Part shown: positions 51,133 to 63,670 of the stretch, in pieces
Layout: every line of letters begins with the position of its first letter
Numbering within the stretch: position 1 is the first letter of the stretch
Source: Lama glama
Lineage: Eukaryota
Reading direction: 5' to 3'
Assembly: GCA_028534125.1 (NCBI GenBank)
Contig: CM052837.1
Location: 30,380,001 to 30,444,000 of the forward strand
DNA length: 64,000 nucleotides
Program-made: the position numbers and the translations under genes
The notes under the pieces: model-generated
What the model saw: only the letters and a program-made list of their open reading frames with translations
What the model was told of the DNA's origin: nothing
The model's database searches: none

Positions 51133-52883
51133 TTGATTCTCATTTCTCGCATGCTCACTTGGGGTCACATTCTGTCTCGCTTCTTGACTTGTGCATTTAG
51201 GACAAAAAGAATCTCACCATAATGTCAAAAGCCATTGTGTCATTTAATGATGTAACATTTTACATGAAATTTCTTATGGATTTTGAGTTTCATTTATGGA
51301 ATTTCCTCTTAACATTCTATGTATGTATTATTCTGTTACTTCTCTTTACTTTGATTATATTCAGCTATATTCAGATATTCACATCATTGAATATCTCATG
51401 CCAAATTTGGTTTTTTATTTGGCTAGAGCTGATCTTCTGCAACTTCCATCAGCCAGGTGGCTGGGAGTAACATCGAATTCTTGCATACCTTTGTCTAGTC
51501 TACTTTCGTACTTGAGATAGTTTGGATGGGTATAGAGGTCTATGTTCCAAATCATTTCTCAACTTTGAGGGCACTGTTCCACTATTTCCTAGAAGCCAAT
51601 ATTACCAACAAGTTTTTCTAAGTAATGGATCTCTCCAGCCGTTCATTCCCTTTGTCCTGTGCAGCATGTTGTGAGCCCCCTCATCTCTCATGTCTCTAAG
51701 AATTGCAAAACTTTTCTCATTTCCTCACTTCTATTTTTTCTTCCTAGATCTAGTCAGAAACCAGACTTCTATCTTCTTATTGTTAGTTTTCCAACTTTTT
51801 TTCCCCTTGTCCCTTGGAAGTTTCTTTTATCTTTAAAGCCAGTAACCCTACCTCTTTGCTCTCACTACCTTTTTTTCACAGAACTCTTCTTGGATACAAC
51901 ATTTCTGCCAGTGGGTAGATACCAATTAGAATGGATAAATTCTTGTAAGTACCCAGGTACTCTGTTATCTCCAGTATTTGTTATTTGTTAGATTTGGCAC
52001 CTTTTATACCACTTATTTGCTGCAAGTGACTCATCATCCATAGCTGACACTTTGCCTTTAGGAAGAGTAGATTGGTTTAAGAATTAGACATAAGTGCAAC
52101 CTGCTGATAGACAGTTTGGGTCATTTTGCCAATAGGTTTCAGCTTCTCCTCTGAACTCTGACCTTTGCAGCCTCCATGCCAGCTCCAAGTCCAGAACTCT
52201 CCAGGCGGCCAGACATTGTCTGCGAAGACTGACTCCCAACTCTATCGCTGCCTCCCATTTGTCTCCTGGGACACAGTTTTCTTTATTCACTTTTAGATGT
52301 CAGTGTATTCCTGTCTGTCTGCCATTTTTCATGAATTCATTGAAAATTCTCATTTTCTGAACCTCCTTATGAACCCTGTAATACCCATTTTTCTGTGCCA
52401 TGATGGGTTGGCTCGTTCTATCTTACTATTGCAACAGGGTCTCACAAAGAAGACAAGGAAAAGCTTTTTTGCAAAGTCTAATCTCTAGAACTAGAAGTTT
52501 GTGCTCTGCATTTATGTTCAACTGATTTTGCTACATGTTTCTGAATTAAGCCATGCAATTAGAGTTTAAGTTAGATGACAGAAACACCGAGTTTATACAT
52601 CAGGCTTTTATTGAGATTCATCCTTTGCTTCTTGACTGCTGAATTGGGTAATCATCCCCAGCTGTATTCTGCACAGTCACGTTAGCAAACCCAGCTGTCA
52701 GACTTTCGTGTCTTACTAAAAGCTGTTGTCCCAGGGAAAGAAACCACAATCTTCACAATCACCAGAGAAGTTCCAAATTTCTTTACTGACACCATGAAGT
52801 CATTTAAGTTGTGTTTTAACTAAATGAGGGTTGAGACATCAGGGAACGAGTCAGGCACAGAGGTCTCGAGGTGTGGGACTTAC

Positions 52884-53135
52884 CTGTGTGGGATCGGAGG
52901 TGGACGGTGAGCTGGCTGGAATTGCGGCTGGCGTAGGGGCAGAGCTGGCATTTGTACGGCCGCTCGTCGGAGTGTATCCGCAGGTGCTTCTTGAGGCTGC
53001 TGCTGTCCACGGCAGCATAGTCACACAGGTGACACTTGTGGGGCTTCACACTGGTGTGGCACCGCATGTGCATGGTCAGGTTGTCCTTGCGACTGAAGCA
53101 CTTATCACAGAACTCACACTTGTGTGGTTTGTCCC
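52884..53135 (-). CDS. ZFP64: ZFP64 internal exon (252 nt, phase 1/1) encoding three C2H2 fingers, GDKPHKCEFC...QLTVHLRSHT(G)
   Basis: Lies within ORF 52816..53145. Acceptor tgtgtttgaag|GG, donor ACAG|gtaagt. Canonical C-x2-C-x12-H-x3-H fingers. Confidence 0.96.
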
Positions 53136-54687
53136 CTTCAAACACATAAGAGTCAAGGTGTTAAGGGTTTTCTCTATCAAGATGATGACAAAGAGATTTG
53201 ACCAAGATGGTAGCCTGAACACATGGGTGGGTCTCCTTCTTTCTGTCCAAATGCCCAGAGACAGCAGGACACTATGAGGTCTAGATTAGTACACTGGGAA
53301 ACAAAAAGGTGTGCTATTCATTGATGGCTCAGAACTTTTGAAGAATCTTAAGAAACAGAGACAAAAACTAGACTGAAGGAGAAACTCACAGGCCTAACCT
53401 CATTTGGGAAAACGAGAATGGTTACAGGAGTATCCAAGATCAGAGATGGCAGGCATAGGGGTCTTCTGACTCACTAGTTGATGAACCGCATTGAGAATGA
53501 TTGCCAGAATATTTCCACCAAACTGTGTTCCATCCTTCCCCAATAACCACTCCAGACTGATCACATCCAGATAAAATTAATCTACCCAATAACCAAATGC
53601 TTGGGGAAAGTCAAAATCAGAAAGACATGCCCAACTCAAGAACCTGAAGTTGGAGAAAATAATTATTTCTGAATACTAAAGACAGACGTGGGTCTTAAGA
53701 TGGCTTATCTAGAGGCAGGGTGGTATAATTTCAGAAGCCTAAGAGTGCTGAGATCTTAAAGCTTTCAGAAAAAAAAAAAAAAAGCCCTGATCAGCACAAC
53801 TCCTTAGACAAAAGTGGATAATAGCAAGGAGACAATATCTGCAAAGTTCTGCAGAAATTATTTAAAGAGAATCCTATACTTGAACAAGCACTCAGTGGGA
53901 AGAGAAAATACAGCTATCTGGCAAAGGACAAAATGTATCACATTTGAACTGTGTACATCAGAACAACAGAAAAAAATGGGAAGTGGACAAGATGTGGGGT
54001 ATAAGTAATAAAATGGAAAGTTTTGCTTCCAAACCACAAGGGAGAATCCATCATCAAAAAAGAGAATACAGCAGAACACAAAATAAGGTAAAAATCAAAC
54101 TAATGTCATTAAGTACAACAAACATAAATGGATTAAATCTCCCTATTAGACGTGTCAATTATATTTAAAAAAAAAAGTCAGCTTATTGCTCTTAAGATAC
54201 CTAAATAAAAATGACAGAGTAGAAAACAGGAAAATATTTGAGGAAAATGCTAAAAGAAATCAGAAGTAGCAATGTTAGGCAAAACAAATCATGGTGAAAG
54301 CCACTCAAAATTTCATATTGAAGAGGCAGCTCACCAAGTAGATGTGAATCAGACTTTCATGAATCGAACCTGGTTTCACTAGAAGTTTTTCTAAGAGAGT
54401 GAGCCCTGAAAATTGTCAGACATATTTTAAAACAATTTTGTTCAAAAATCAAAACTCAGATTACCAACTTCCAGGAGATGCAGCGAGAGCTCTAGGTGTC
54501 AAAGCCTGCAGCCTAGTTACTTTTGAGAATAATGTTTGTGATCGTCAGTCCATTTTAAACAAATGGCTGAAAGCAAGGAAACCATACGCAACTCGTGAAA
54601 CTAGAAGAAATGAAAATGCACAACACTTGATCAGTTAAAAAAAGATCATCGTTAAGAGGGAGGTTTGCTCAAAGAGAAGATACTAAC

Positions 54688-54882
54688 AGGTCGGAGTTTT
54701 CAGTCTCGGCAGTAGGACACTGGGGCCAGGTACTGTAGGACGTTTAGCAGCATCCCTGACTCCTTCCCGCAAGATGCCAGCAGCACCGCCCTCCCCAGTT
54801 CAAAGAGTCAAAAATATCTTCCGATATTATCCAAGGTCCTGGGGGAAAAGGAGGCAAACTTGCACTTGGCTAAGAACCATTT
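54688..54882. mobile_element. MER20 (opposite orientation to the 21.5-kb copy)
   Basis: gtaggacgtttagcagcatccctg...agatgccagcagcac. Confidence 0.72.
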
Positions 54883-55282
54883 TAAGAGACAACTGGAAAA
54901 GAGACAGGACAACATGATTGACTTTGTCTAAGTAGACCTTTGCCCCAATTTAGAAGACTCAGTAAAATGGTGATGGTCTAAGAAGACATCGAATTACAAA
55001 GTCTGAATCAAGAAAGAGAAAACAGAACGATAACTTCGAAAAACTGCTATCAGTCATGGTGTTTCCTGAGGTAAACTGTTTATTGTTCAAATATCTGCTG
55101 TCCTTCCCAGGAGCATCACACTACATGGTCCCAGCTGCAGGCTTGGACGTGTGACTGGCTCTGCCCAGTGGAATATGAGCACGACTGACAAGTCCCTGTT
55201 AGGCAAATGGTTTTAAGAGCCAGTTTCCGGTTGGCTACACTTGTTTCTCTTGCTCAAGAGGACCTGTAACATTGCAGATGAG

Positions 55283-55432
55283 GTTTTTTTGGTTTTTTTT
55301 AAATAGTTTTTTTAATTGAGGTATTGTTGATTTACGGTATTATGTAAGTTTCAGGTATACAACATAGTGATTCACAATTTTTAAAGCTTATATATTCCAC
55401 TTATAGTTATAAAATATTGGCTATATTCCCTC
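55283..55432 (-). mobile_element. L1 3' end fragment, intronic
   Basis: T-rich tail, then aattgaggtattgttgatttac...tttcaggtatacaacatagtgattcaca. Confidence 0.78.
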
Positions 55433-55762
55433 TGAAGATCAAGAGTTCTTAATTTGAGCCTCGTGGATAAAATTTAGGGGATCCAAGATCTTATATGGGA
55501 ATGGATTACATTTTTACCTCCAATACCTCTAACTGAAATTGAGTATTCCCTGCATCTGTAAATATAGTCGACAAACCACACTAACGGAACCCAAGACCCT
55601 CACCAATCGACAGGAGCCATGTTCAGACCACATTTTCCTTGCTGTAGTTCTCAAAGTATCATTCAAACTCATCACTCTTCACAATTAAGGTAGTTAGTAG
55701 ACCAGCCACTGGATTCTAACATTAAATGCATCTGGGGGCGAGATGGCTCATTAAAATGCAGA

Positions 55763-56082
55763 TTATTTTCCCCCAGCTTTGAGATATAGTTGACATATGA
55801 TATTGTGTAAGTTTAAAGTATACGATGTGATGGTTTAATACATGTTCATCTTCAGAAACGATTACCAAAGTCAGGTCCGTTAACACCTCCATCACCTCAG
55901 ATAAGTGTTCTTACTGCACTATGGAAATTAAGATCTACTCTAAGCAACTCTCAAGTACACAATACAGCACTGTTAACGACAGTCACCATGCTGCACATTA
56001 CTTCCCCAGAACTCTCATAGCCGGAAGTTTGTTCCCTTCGACCAACATCTCCCCATTTCTCAAGCCGAACTCCCCAAAATAG
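55763..56082 (-). mobile_element. L1MA8/9-like 3' end inserted into a MER5A-like element
   Basis: gagatatagttgacata...gtcaccatgctgcacatta...ttcgaccaacatctccccattt. Flanked by taaaatg(c/t)ag; MER5A-like sequence resumes at about 56095. Confidence 0.72.
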
Positions 56083-59074
56083 TAAAATGTAGTTTTTGAT
56101 TCAGTGGGTCTGGGTGGGGGACTGAGATTCTCTATTTCCAACAAGCTCCCAGTGGTGCTGATATGTCTGGTCTCCACCAGATTTCAGGTAAGCAAGGTTT
56201 AGTGTATTAAAACGCCACATACAGAACACTTTGATAGCAATTATACTTAAGTATGGTTTAATGTGAGTTTATTATATTTAAAAACATTGTTCTGGGAAAG
56301 GGCCATAAGCTTCACAAAATCACCAGGAGTCCACAGCAGAAAAAATGTCAAGAACGCCTTTATCTGATGTGTTCCAGACAAAGACAGCGCCACCCGCTGG
56401 GTCCTGGGGAGAAGACCACGGGGAGCAGAGCTGAGCCGGACTCTGCGGGACAGGGACAAGCAGCCTTCAGTGACCACTCAGACTGACACTGTAATCGCAG
56501 CCTAACCTACACCTCCTCCATCCTCTGAAAAAAGTCGTAAGCAGAGGATTGTGGGCACGTTCTACCCAATTTCCCAGGAAAAGTGTTTCCACGTTCAATT
56601 AGTTGTTTAATAGCAGAGGGGAAGAAAAAAAAAAGCCTCAACTCACTACACGATAGGTTAACCCAAGTGAAAAAAAAAGTGGGATAAAGACACAAACATT
56701 GTAAGTCAATTTTCTTTATGAGACTAAATACCAAAGAACCATCTTAATCGCAAAACATTTGAAATTCCACCATCATTCTTGATTAAAAACCTCAAACAAA
56801 ACACACCTCAAAATCAACCTCAGAAGCCTTGAAGAAAAAAAAAAGTCCTTCACATGATAAATGATCCCTACAAAGCCTAAGGACTTGAACCATAAATGGT
56901 GGTTAAAAAAACAAAAACAAAAACTAAGTATTCCATTAGAGTAACGAATAAGATATACAGATGGTTACTTTCACTGCTGTTTTTCAACTCCGACCAGAAG
57001 CACCAAGATCAGGGCTCTCCAGATATAGAATAAACAGGGATACAATAGTCCATCTGCGCGATCCAGAAGAACAGACTTGAACTCTCGGAATAAGACAGAA
57101 GGGGCCGGGGAGAACACACGAAATTCACCTGAAAACACTGTGCTCCTGTCAGCACTCTGTCCAGTTCCTGTGCGCCCCTCACTCACACATCCTTAACCCC
57201 AGTCTTCTCCCTCGAGATAACCACGTTCTCCAACTTGGCAGGTGGGGAAGAGGGTGTGCCGGTGATTAAAGTAAGTGCCCAGCGATATACGATGCTCTTC
57301 GATTCACTATCTTAATTTAGTACTTTTTAGCTAACCAGATGCGGAAGATACAGTATTTGTGTTTCTTTGCACTTTATTGGCTTGTGGGCTTTTCATTGGA
57401 ATATTGGCACTTTTATTTCTTAACTGACTGATTGCTTGTTCAAACCCTTTTCCATTGGGGGTCATTTGATTTGTAGGCATCCTTGAGTGTTCTGAAGATT
57501 AACTCTGCCCCATGTTGCAAATTTTTCTCGTGGGACACTTGTCTCAACTTCAGTGGTGTTTTATAAGTTAAAACTTTAGTCATATTTAATGTCTTCTTTG
57601 TGGTCTTTGTTAATTGTTTTTGCCTGTCTACTTATACTGTACGTTTGTCATCCGATATTTCCTAGTAAGGAATGGACTTTAACATTTAACTTATTTGGAA
57701 TTTGAATGTAAGGTGAGGGACTACTGGACTGTCACTTGTCCCGGCACCATGCAAACTTCACCCACTCCTCCTCCAACCAAGGCTGGGTAAGAGCCATTCA
57801 GAGTGGAAAACAGACCAAGGGATTTTAATTTAACAGTTTGAAAAACTCATGGATGTGACTTGACTGCAAATTCTATACAGCAACTAGTCTTTAAGAAACT
57901 ATCATTTGCTGTGTTTTGGTATAGTATTAAAGAAATACAATTATCTGAAAAGGCTATCAAAATACTCCTCCATTACATTATGTGAAACGCCAGATTTTCC
58001 TCCGATACTTCAACCAAAGCAACACAGGGCAGTGGACTGAATACAGGGACAGAGGCATGAGAATCCAGCCAACTATTAAACAAGACAGGTTTGCAAATGT
58101 GCACACAGTGTTACTGGTCATTTTGTTTTGGAAAATACTTACTTTCCATAGATGTGTTTATATAGAATGGCCTTAGTGCTATTTTAAAATCAATAAATAT
58201 TTTTAAATCAATAACTATTTTAAAGTTTTGGTTTTTAACTTCAAGTGCAATTAACCGTAGATAAAAAACTCTCTGGGGATCTTCAGTTTTGAAGCGTAAA
58301 GGATCTCAAAACAGTGGTTTGAGAACTACTGTACTCATTCGGCGGAGGTGAAGCTTCAGTGATCACTTACACATACCACCATCCCTGCCTCCCACTTACA
58401 GCGGGCCCACAGGTACCACTGGCCCTATGTATCAGTTCTTTTTCTCATTATAGAATCTTCTCTTCATAGCTGGGCACTTGCCACAGATTCAAGACTTCAA
58501 GCTCCTGGCCTTTTCCACAATGAGCACTGGCCATACGACTAAGTTCTGGCCCAATGGGCATCACCTAACTCAAGTGAGATAACATCTAGGCTGTGCTGTT
58601 AAAGAGGAAGCCATCTCAGACCATGCTAGTGAGAGCTACACCCTTGGGATGTCAAACCAACAAAATACGAGCCTGAGTCCCTGAAACCACGAGGCTGGCC
58701 ACATACTTAACTTGGACGTCACGGGACAGAAGTCCTTTGGTTTTCTGTCCTTTGGCTTTTACTCATTATTCTTCTTGTCACAAGGGATCCTACTTCTGGG
58801 TCATGCCCAGACGGGGAGATGCTGTGAGGCTCCCAGGTCCCACTCCTACTTTCTACCATTCAAGAGGTTCAAAGTACTAGCAAGAGCAGTTGCCTTGAAA
58901 CCTGGAACCAGAGAAGTAGCCTAAGTGTTCCTCTGCCAGAGGGGCAACGGGTCTGCCTACATTGCGTTCCTGACTCAGGGAACCCACCAAGGACAGAGCC
59001 TTGCTCTATGCTTTCTGTGTCCCCATCATGCTCTGTATTATCCTCAATAAAACATTATTAATCCAGCTGCTGCC

Positions 59075-59270
59075 TCGCGAGGTCCACCTGGCACTGCTGA
59101 CATCAGGTGCCGACAGTTCTTTGTGGGACCTGTCCTGAGCATTGAGGGATGTTGGCAGCACCTTTGGGCCCCACCCACTAGATGGCAGTAGCACTGCCCC
59201 AACTGAGAAGGACCGCTCAGTTATCACCAGGGCAGTCACCCACTTCGAAGTTGCCTTAAAGTGCCACGTT
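59075..59270. mobile_element. MER20 (opposite orientation to the 21.5-kb copy)
   Basis: ggcactgctgacatc...ggatgttggcagcacc...acccactagatggcagtagcac. Confidence 0.72.
59175..59188 (+). promoter_or_regulatory. CTCF core motif CCACTAGATGGCAG within MER20
   Basis: Exact match to CCASYAGRKGGCRS. Occupancy unknown. Confidence 0.5.
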
Positions 59271-60588
59271 GGTGGGGGTCTCATCTTTGTTCAAATGGTT
59301 CCCGCAGTCTGCACACTCTTTCCAACATCATCCTGGCAGCCTTGTCTTTCAACATTCCCTTTGCTAAGAAGCATTTCATGCTCCCAGCCAAAGCTGACCC
59401 TTCGTTCTCTATTTCCAGAGCACAATGCCCATTTCCAGCAGAGACGACTAACTGTGCAGAGGCAGTCCTCTTAATGAGGCCCCAGGATTTTAGCTGGGCA
59501 TGAGGCTGCCCTTCTTAAAAACCACCTTCCAGCCCCCCGATGCTTGATGCGGCCACAGCTAAGTTCTGCACAAATCCCCCAGTCACAGGGGATGCTGCTT
59601 CTGGGGCACGGCCCGAAGGAGGGACGCCGTGAGCCCCTCCTCCTGCTGGTTTTCCACCTGTGGAGACCTGGAGTGCCAGCGCAGCTGCCCTGGACCAGGG
59701 GATGAGGCCGTGTGTGAAGGGGACAGCTCCTCTACCAGCTGTGGACTCTTCACTTCTTAAATCGGACTTAGGACACTGGATTATGTTTAAGTCACTTGGT
59801 CGGGTTTCTGTAAGAGCAAAGAGATCAGTATCCTAACCCATCTAGGTCCACACTAATGACAAAAGGTTGGCAAAGTTTTTATAAAAAGGCCGGACAGTAA
59901 ATCTTAAGCTCTGTGCACCATGCAGCCTCCAGCAATTACTCCATAATGCCACTTTTCATAATAATTGTTAATATATAATGGGATTACTGTCATATATTTG
60001 TAACAGGCTGGATTTGGCCCCTGGGCCGCAGTGTGCAGATCCTGGTTCTAGATCATGCATCCCTTTGCTCCAGCACATCTTATTTCTTTGTCTTCTCAGT
60101 AGCCGGTTGCTCTGGAGAAAGGCACCTTTAAGGAGCAGCCTTATTGCTCTTATGGTATTAAGATTACTACACCAGGCCTGTGTATGGCAGCCCCCCACCT
60201 CTGCCAACCTCCCCAACTTCATCTCACCCGTTCTGCTCCTTCAAGCCTTTGCCCTGCTGTTCCCTCTGCCTTGAACTCTTCCTGCCCCTTGTCAGGTGAC
60301 TCAGCCATCTTCCACACTTTAAGAGCGTCTTCCGAACAGCCTCTCATGACCCGCCTGGACCAAACGCCCTTCCCACAGTCCCAGCACTTTCCCCCTGGCC
60401 TCTCAGTTACCATTTTCGCCTCTGTGACTTTTTAGGTCACAGCCCACCCCACTAGACTAAGTTTCACGAGGCAGAGACCGTTTCTGTCCTGCTCACCGCT
60501 CTCTGTCCAGCACTTCACTCATATCCATTTCCTGAGGGTTTTGGGTTTTTTAAACATTACAGTTTTGAACAAATGAATGGGTACCTAC

Positions 60589-60651
60589 CCGTGTGGATTC
60601 GTAGATGGCGGTCTAAATCTTTCATGCCGTGAACAGTTTTGAAATGGCAAC
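60589..60651 (-). CDS. ZFP64: ZFP64 internal exon (63 nt, phase 1/1): (G)CHFKTVHGMKDLDRHLRIHT(G), completing finger 1
   Basis: Acceptor ctcttctag|GT and donor ACGG|gtaggt. In frame with both flanking exons. Too short for the ORF track, so read by hand. Confidence 0.93.
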
Positions 60652-60888
60652 CTAGAAGAGAGAAACAGGTTCTCTTTACATAACCTCAAAAAGGAAGCTA
60701 CCGTGAATCTGAAATTCTGGAGTCACACACTGAGCTCTGATGCCCAGGACACGCAGCTCCCCGGAGAGGGCTCCTGTGCAGTGACTGTGGCCGGGACAAC
60801 GCCAGGAGTCTGCGAGCGAATGGATGCAGCAAACTGAGCTCGCGCGGCCGCCCAGATGGGGCTCAGCACGTTCAAGGTTCTTCTTTAC

Positions 60889-61038
60889 CTGGATAGCAAC
60901 AGTTGAACGTCCTCTCCCCAAGGGTGGCCGTTTGTTCTTTTGACTCTGAAGCAAGAGCAGTTACAGGGGCTTTCTGGGCGTCACCGCTGTCGGTGGAGGG
61001 ACAAGGTGGCTTTGGAACCTCGTTATCTAGTTCTGCAG
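60889..61038 (-). CDS. ZFP64: ZFP64 distal-cassette internal exon (150 nt, phase 1/1): (A)AELDNEVPKPPCPSTDSGDAQKAPVTALASESKEQTATLGERTFNCCYP(G)
   Basis: Acceptor tttcag|CT (AG at 61040-61039) and donor CCAG|gtaaag (GT at 60888-60887). Translation resembles the human ZFP64 alternative-isoform segment ending ATLGERTFNCCYPG. Confidence 0.9.
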
Positions 61039-62524
61039 CTGAAATTTGAGACACAAAGTGTTACTTCATTTCTCAAATACAAGCACCATGGTACGTCTTA
61101 TAATACAGCAGGTTTGGGCTCACTTCACCTACCTACCCACCCCCTCCAAAACCATTTAAAATTAAAAGCCATGTGTACTCTGGTCTTGAAGAATTCTTCT
61201 TCTAAATACCAATTTCCAGGGAAGTGCAGGGGACAAAGGAACATGCTAACATGACAGGTATACAAACGGCAAAGATCCAGGCAGCAAAACTCGGCAACAG
61301 CGCTTCTCAAAAAACGTAGGGAAGGCTTAGTTCCTTAAATAATTTCCGATCCATCACTGGCCAATATTTGTATAAAATAAACACTAATTACGAGAAAAGT
61401 GAAATAAGACAATAGAAGCCCAAACGTTATTTAGAGATGACAGAGAGCTGGATGCCGAGCTATTTTTAAGTGCTTACTCTCCATTTCTGAACTTATTTTG
61501 TCTCAACTCAGTGACAGGTCAGAGGCCACATGTCAAGCACCACTGCTCTGCAGAAAAAAATGCCATTGTTTCAGCTTGACAGATGGAGGGAAAAATCAGA
61601 CTAAAAGACTTGAGATGATAGTCTGCAACATCAAGACCTTTTTTGGATCCTGATTTCAACCTATTGGAAAAGCCATTTAAGACTGTGGGACACATGAACA
61701 CTAACTGAAAGTTTGATAAGGGCTTTTAAGATGTGAAGATGAAATTAAAGTTTTTAACAGCATTCTCGTCGTTTAGGGCTGGGCATTTATAAATTCTGTG
61801 TGTCTGATGTGCTTCAAAATAACCCAGTGGAATGGCTGTACAGAAGACTGGCCACCTGTACTTAGCTGAAGCTGAGCACCTGGTACGTGAAGTCCATTGT
61901 CTCATTCTCTACCGTTATTAAGGATGAACCATGTGAAACTGTCTTTTTTGGGGCCAGAATGGTCAGGTAACTCACATGGTTCAGTCTAATACGTAGTTTT
62001 AAAAGTTTCTATAACAAAGACAAAATACTCGTAAAAGATTGTAAAATGATTTCTCTCCAAACAGATTTAAGACCAGGGTAAAGAGAGGTGCTGTCAATGC
62101 CTTACGCCTTAAAAGAAAACTATATTGACCAGTTTATGAATTATAGGCCGAGGTCAGGGACTCTCGGCTCCAGATACAGAGGTGGGTTCTCTTTTCCTTG
62201 AGAGGTTTGTCCAGGTAAACCTTCTTACCATGAGAAGGTGTACAACACACTGGTGAGCGCTCTTAGGCACAGGGCTTGCTTAGCTATATGCTAGCTGTTA
62301 ACTACTGGCAACTTAACCTTTCTGAGCCTCAGTTTACTTGTCTGTAAAAAGGGATCACTAACTCCCTCAGAGTTAAGAGATGTACAATGTAAATTCTCGG
62401 TATAGTGCCTGGCCTCTGTCAAGTAAATGTCATCACAGGGCTTCACTTAAAGGATGCAGCTTTCTCATCCAAGTAGCTGTGATGCCTAAAGCCCCTTAAC
62501 AGGGTCTGAACAAGTGGCCTAGTC

Positions 62525-63165
62525 CTGTGGCTCTCAACTGGGGGCCATCCTGCAATGCCTGAGGATACCTAATTGTCACGACCATGTGCACACGTGTTTA
62601 TGATGGTGGCATCTAGTGGGTAGAGGCCAGGGATGTTGCTAATCACCCAGTGATGCACAGGACAGCCCTGACACCTATGCCAGAATCACTTGAATTGTTG
62701 GTTAAATCTACTTTCAGAAGCCTCAACTGGGGATGAGGGTGGTTAAGGGCAGACCCCAGGAACCTGCATTTTTAAAGCACTCCCAAGTTATATGCTCAAA
62801 CTACCCTCTAAGCCTTGGCTACGCGAAGGGTGGTCCCCAGAGCGCTGACATCAGCATAACCAGAGAGTTAGTTAGAAATGCAGAACCTCAGGTCCCAGAC
62901 TTCCAGAACCAATCTGCACTTTAACGAGATCCCCAGGTGATTCCCATGCACATTAAAACTGGAGTACACCACAACCCCAAGCCAGTGCTTCTCAAACACC
63001 TGTGCATCAGAATCACCTGGAGGGCTTGTTAAGGTATGGCAGCTCGGGGTCCACCTCTGCAGCTCCCGATTCAGTATGTCTGGAGTGGAGCTGACAAGTT
63101 TTTCATTTCTAACAAGTTCCCAGCTGATGCTTTTAGTCTGGGGACCACACTTTTGAGAATTCCTG
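62525..63165. mobile_element. Cluster of MER20 and MER5A/B fragments
   Basis: ggcatctagtgggtagaggccagggatg; cagtgcttctcaaac...catcagaatcacctggagggcttgttaa...tctaacaagttccca. Confidence 0.78.
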
Positions 63166-63439
63166 CCTTGTGAGAAGGGAAACTGGCTCAGAGGAAATGC
63201 TGCTCAAGACTGCAGGGCTACAAGCTTTCAGCTCATTTGAACTCACGCTTCCCAGACCTACAGTCCAGCTTATGTCCCTCAGAGGAAGACACAAAATCTT
63301 GCATTGTTTAGCAATTCACTTGTTAAAAAGAAAGTCATTAAACTCTTGAGAGTTTTCAATCCCACAGAAACCACATAAGACTGAATAGCTGGAATCTCAG
63401 TGAGAGGTTGTAAAGCACAAAGGTTTAGGAAACTGACCA

Positions 63440-63670
63440 GGAAGCTAGTTGGTAAGTTTCAAATTCCAATTCTATCTTTTTATTAGCTGTGTGACCCCAG
63501 ATAAGTTACTCAACTTCCCTGTTCCTCAGTTTCCACGTTTGTAAAATAGAGATTATAGCCCCTATCTCACAGGTTTAGGTGAAGATTAAATTCTTCTACT
63601 TACAGACCTTACACATAAAGTAAGAGGACCTTATACAGTAGCCAGGACTGTATGAATGTTAATGGTTTTA
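63440..63670 (+). mobile_element. MIR
   Basis: tagctgtgtgacccc...cctcagtttccacgtttgtaaaatagag. Confidence 0.75.

Noticed and set aside
52831-53277. 148-aa plus-strand ORF
   Set aside because: Antisense shadow of the three-finger exon.
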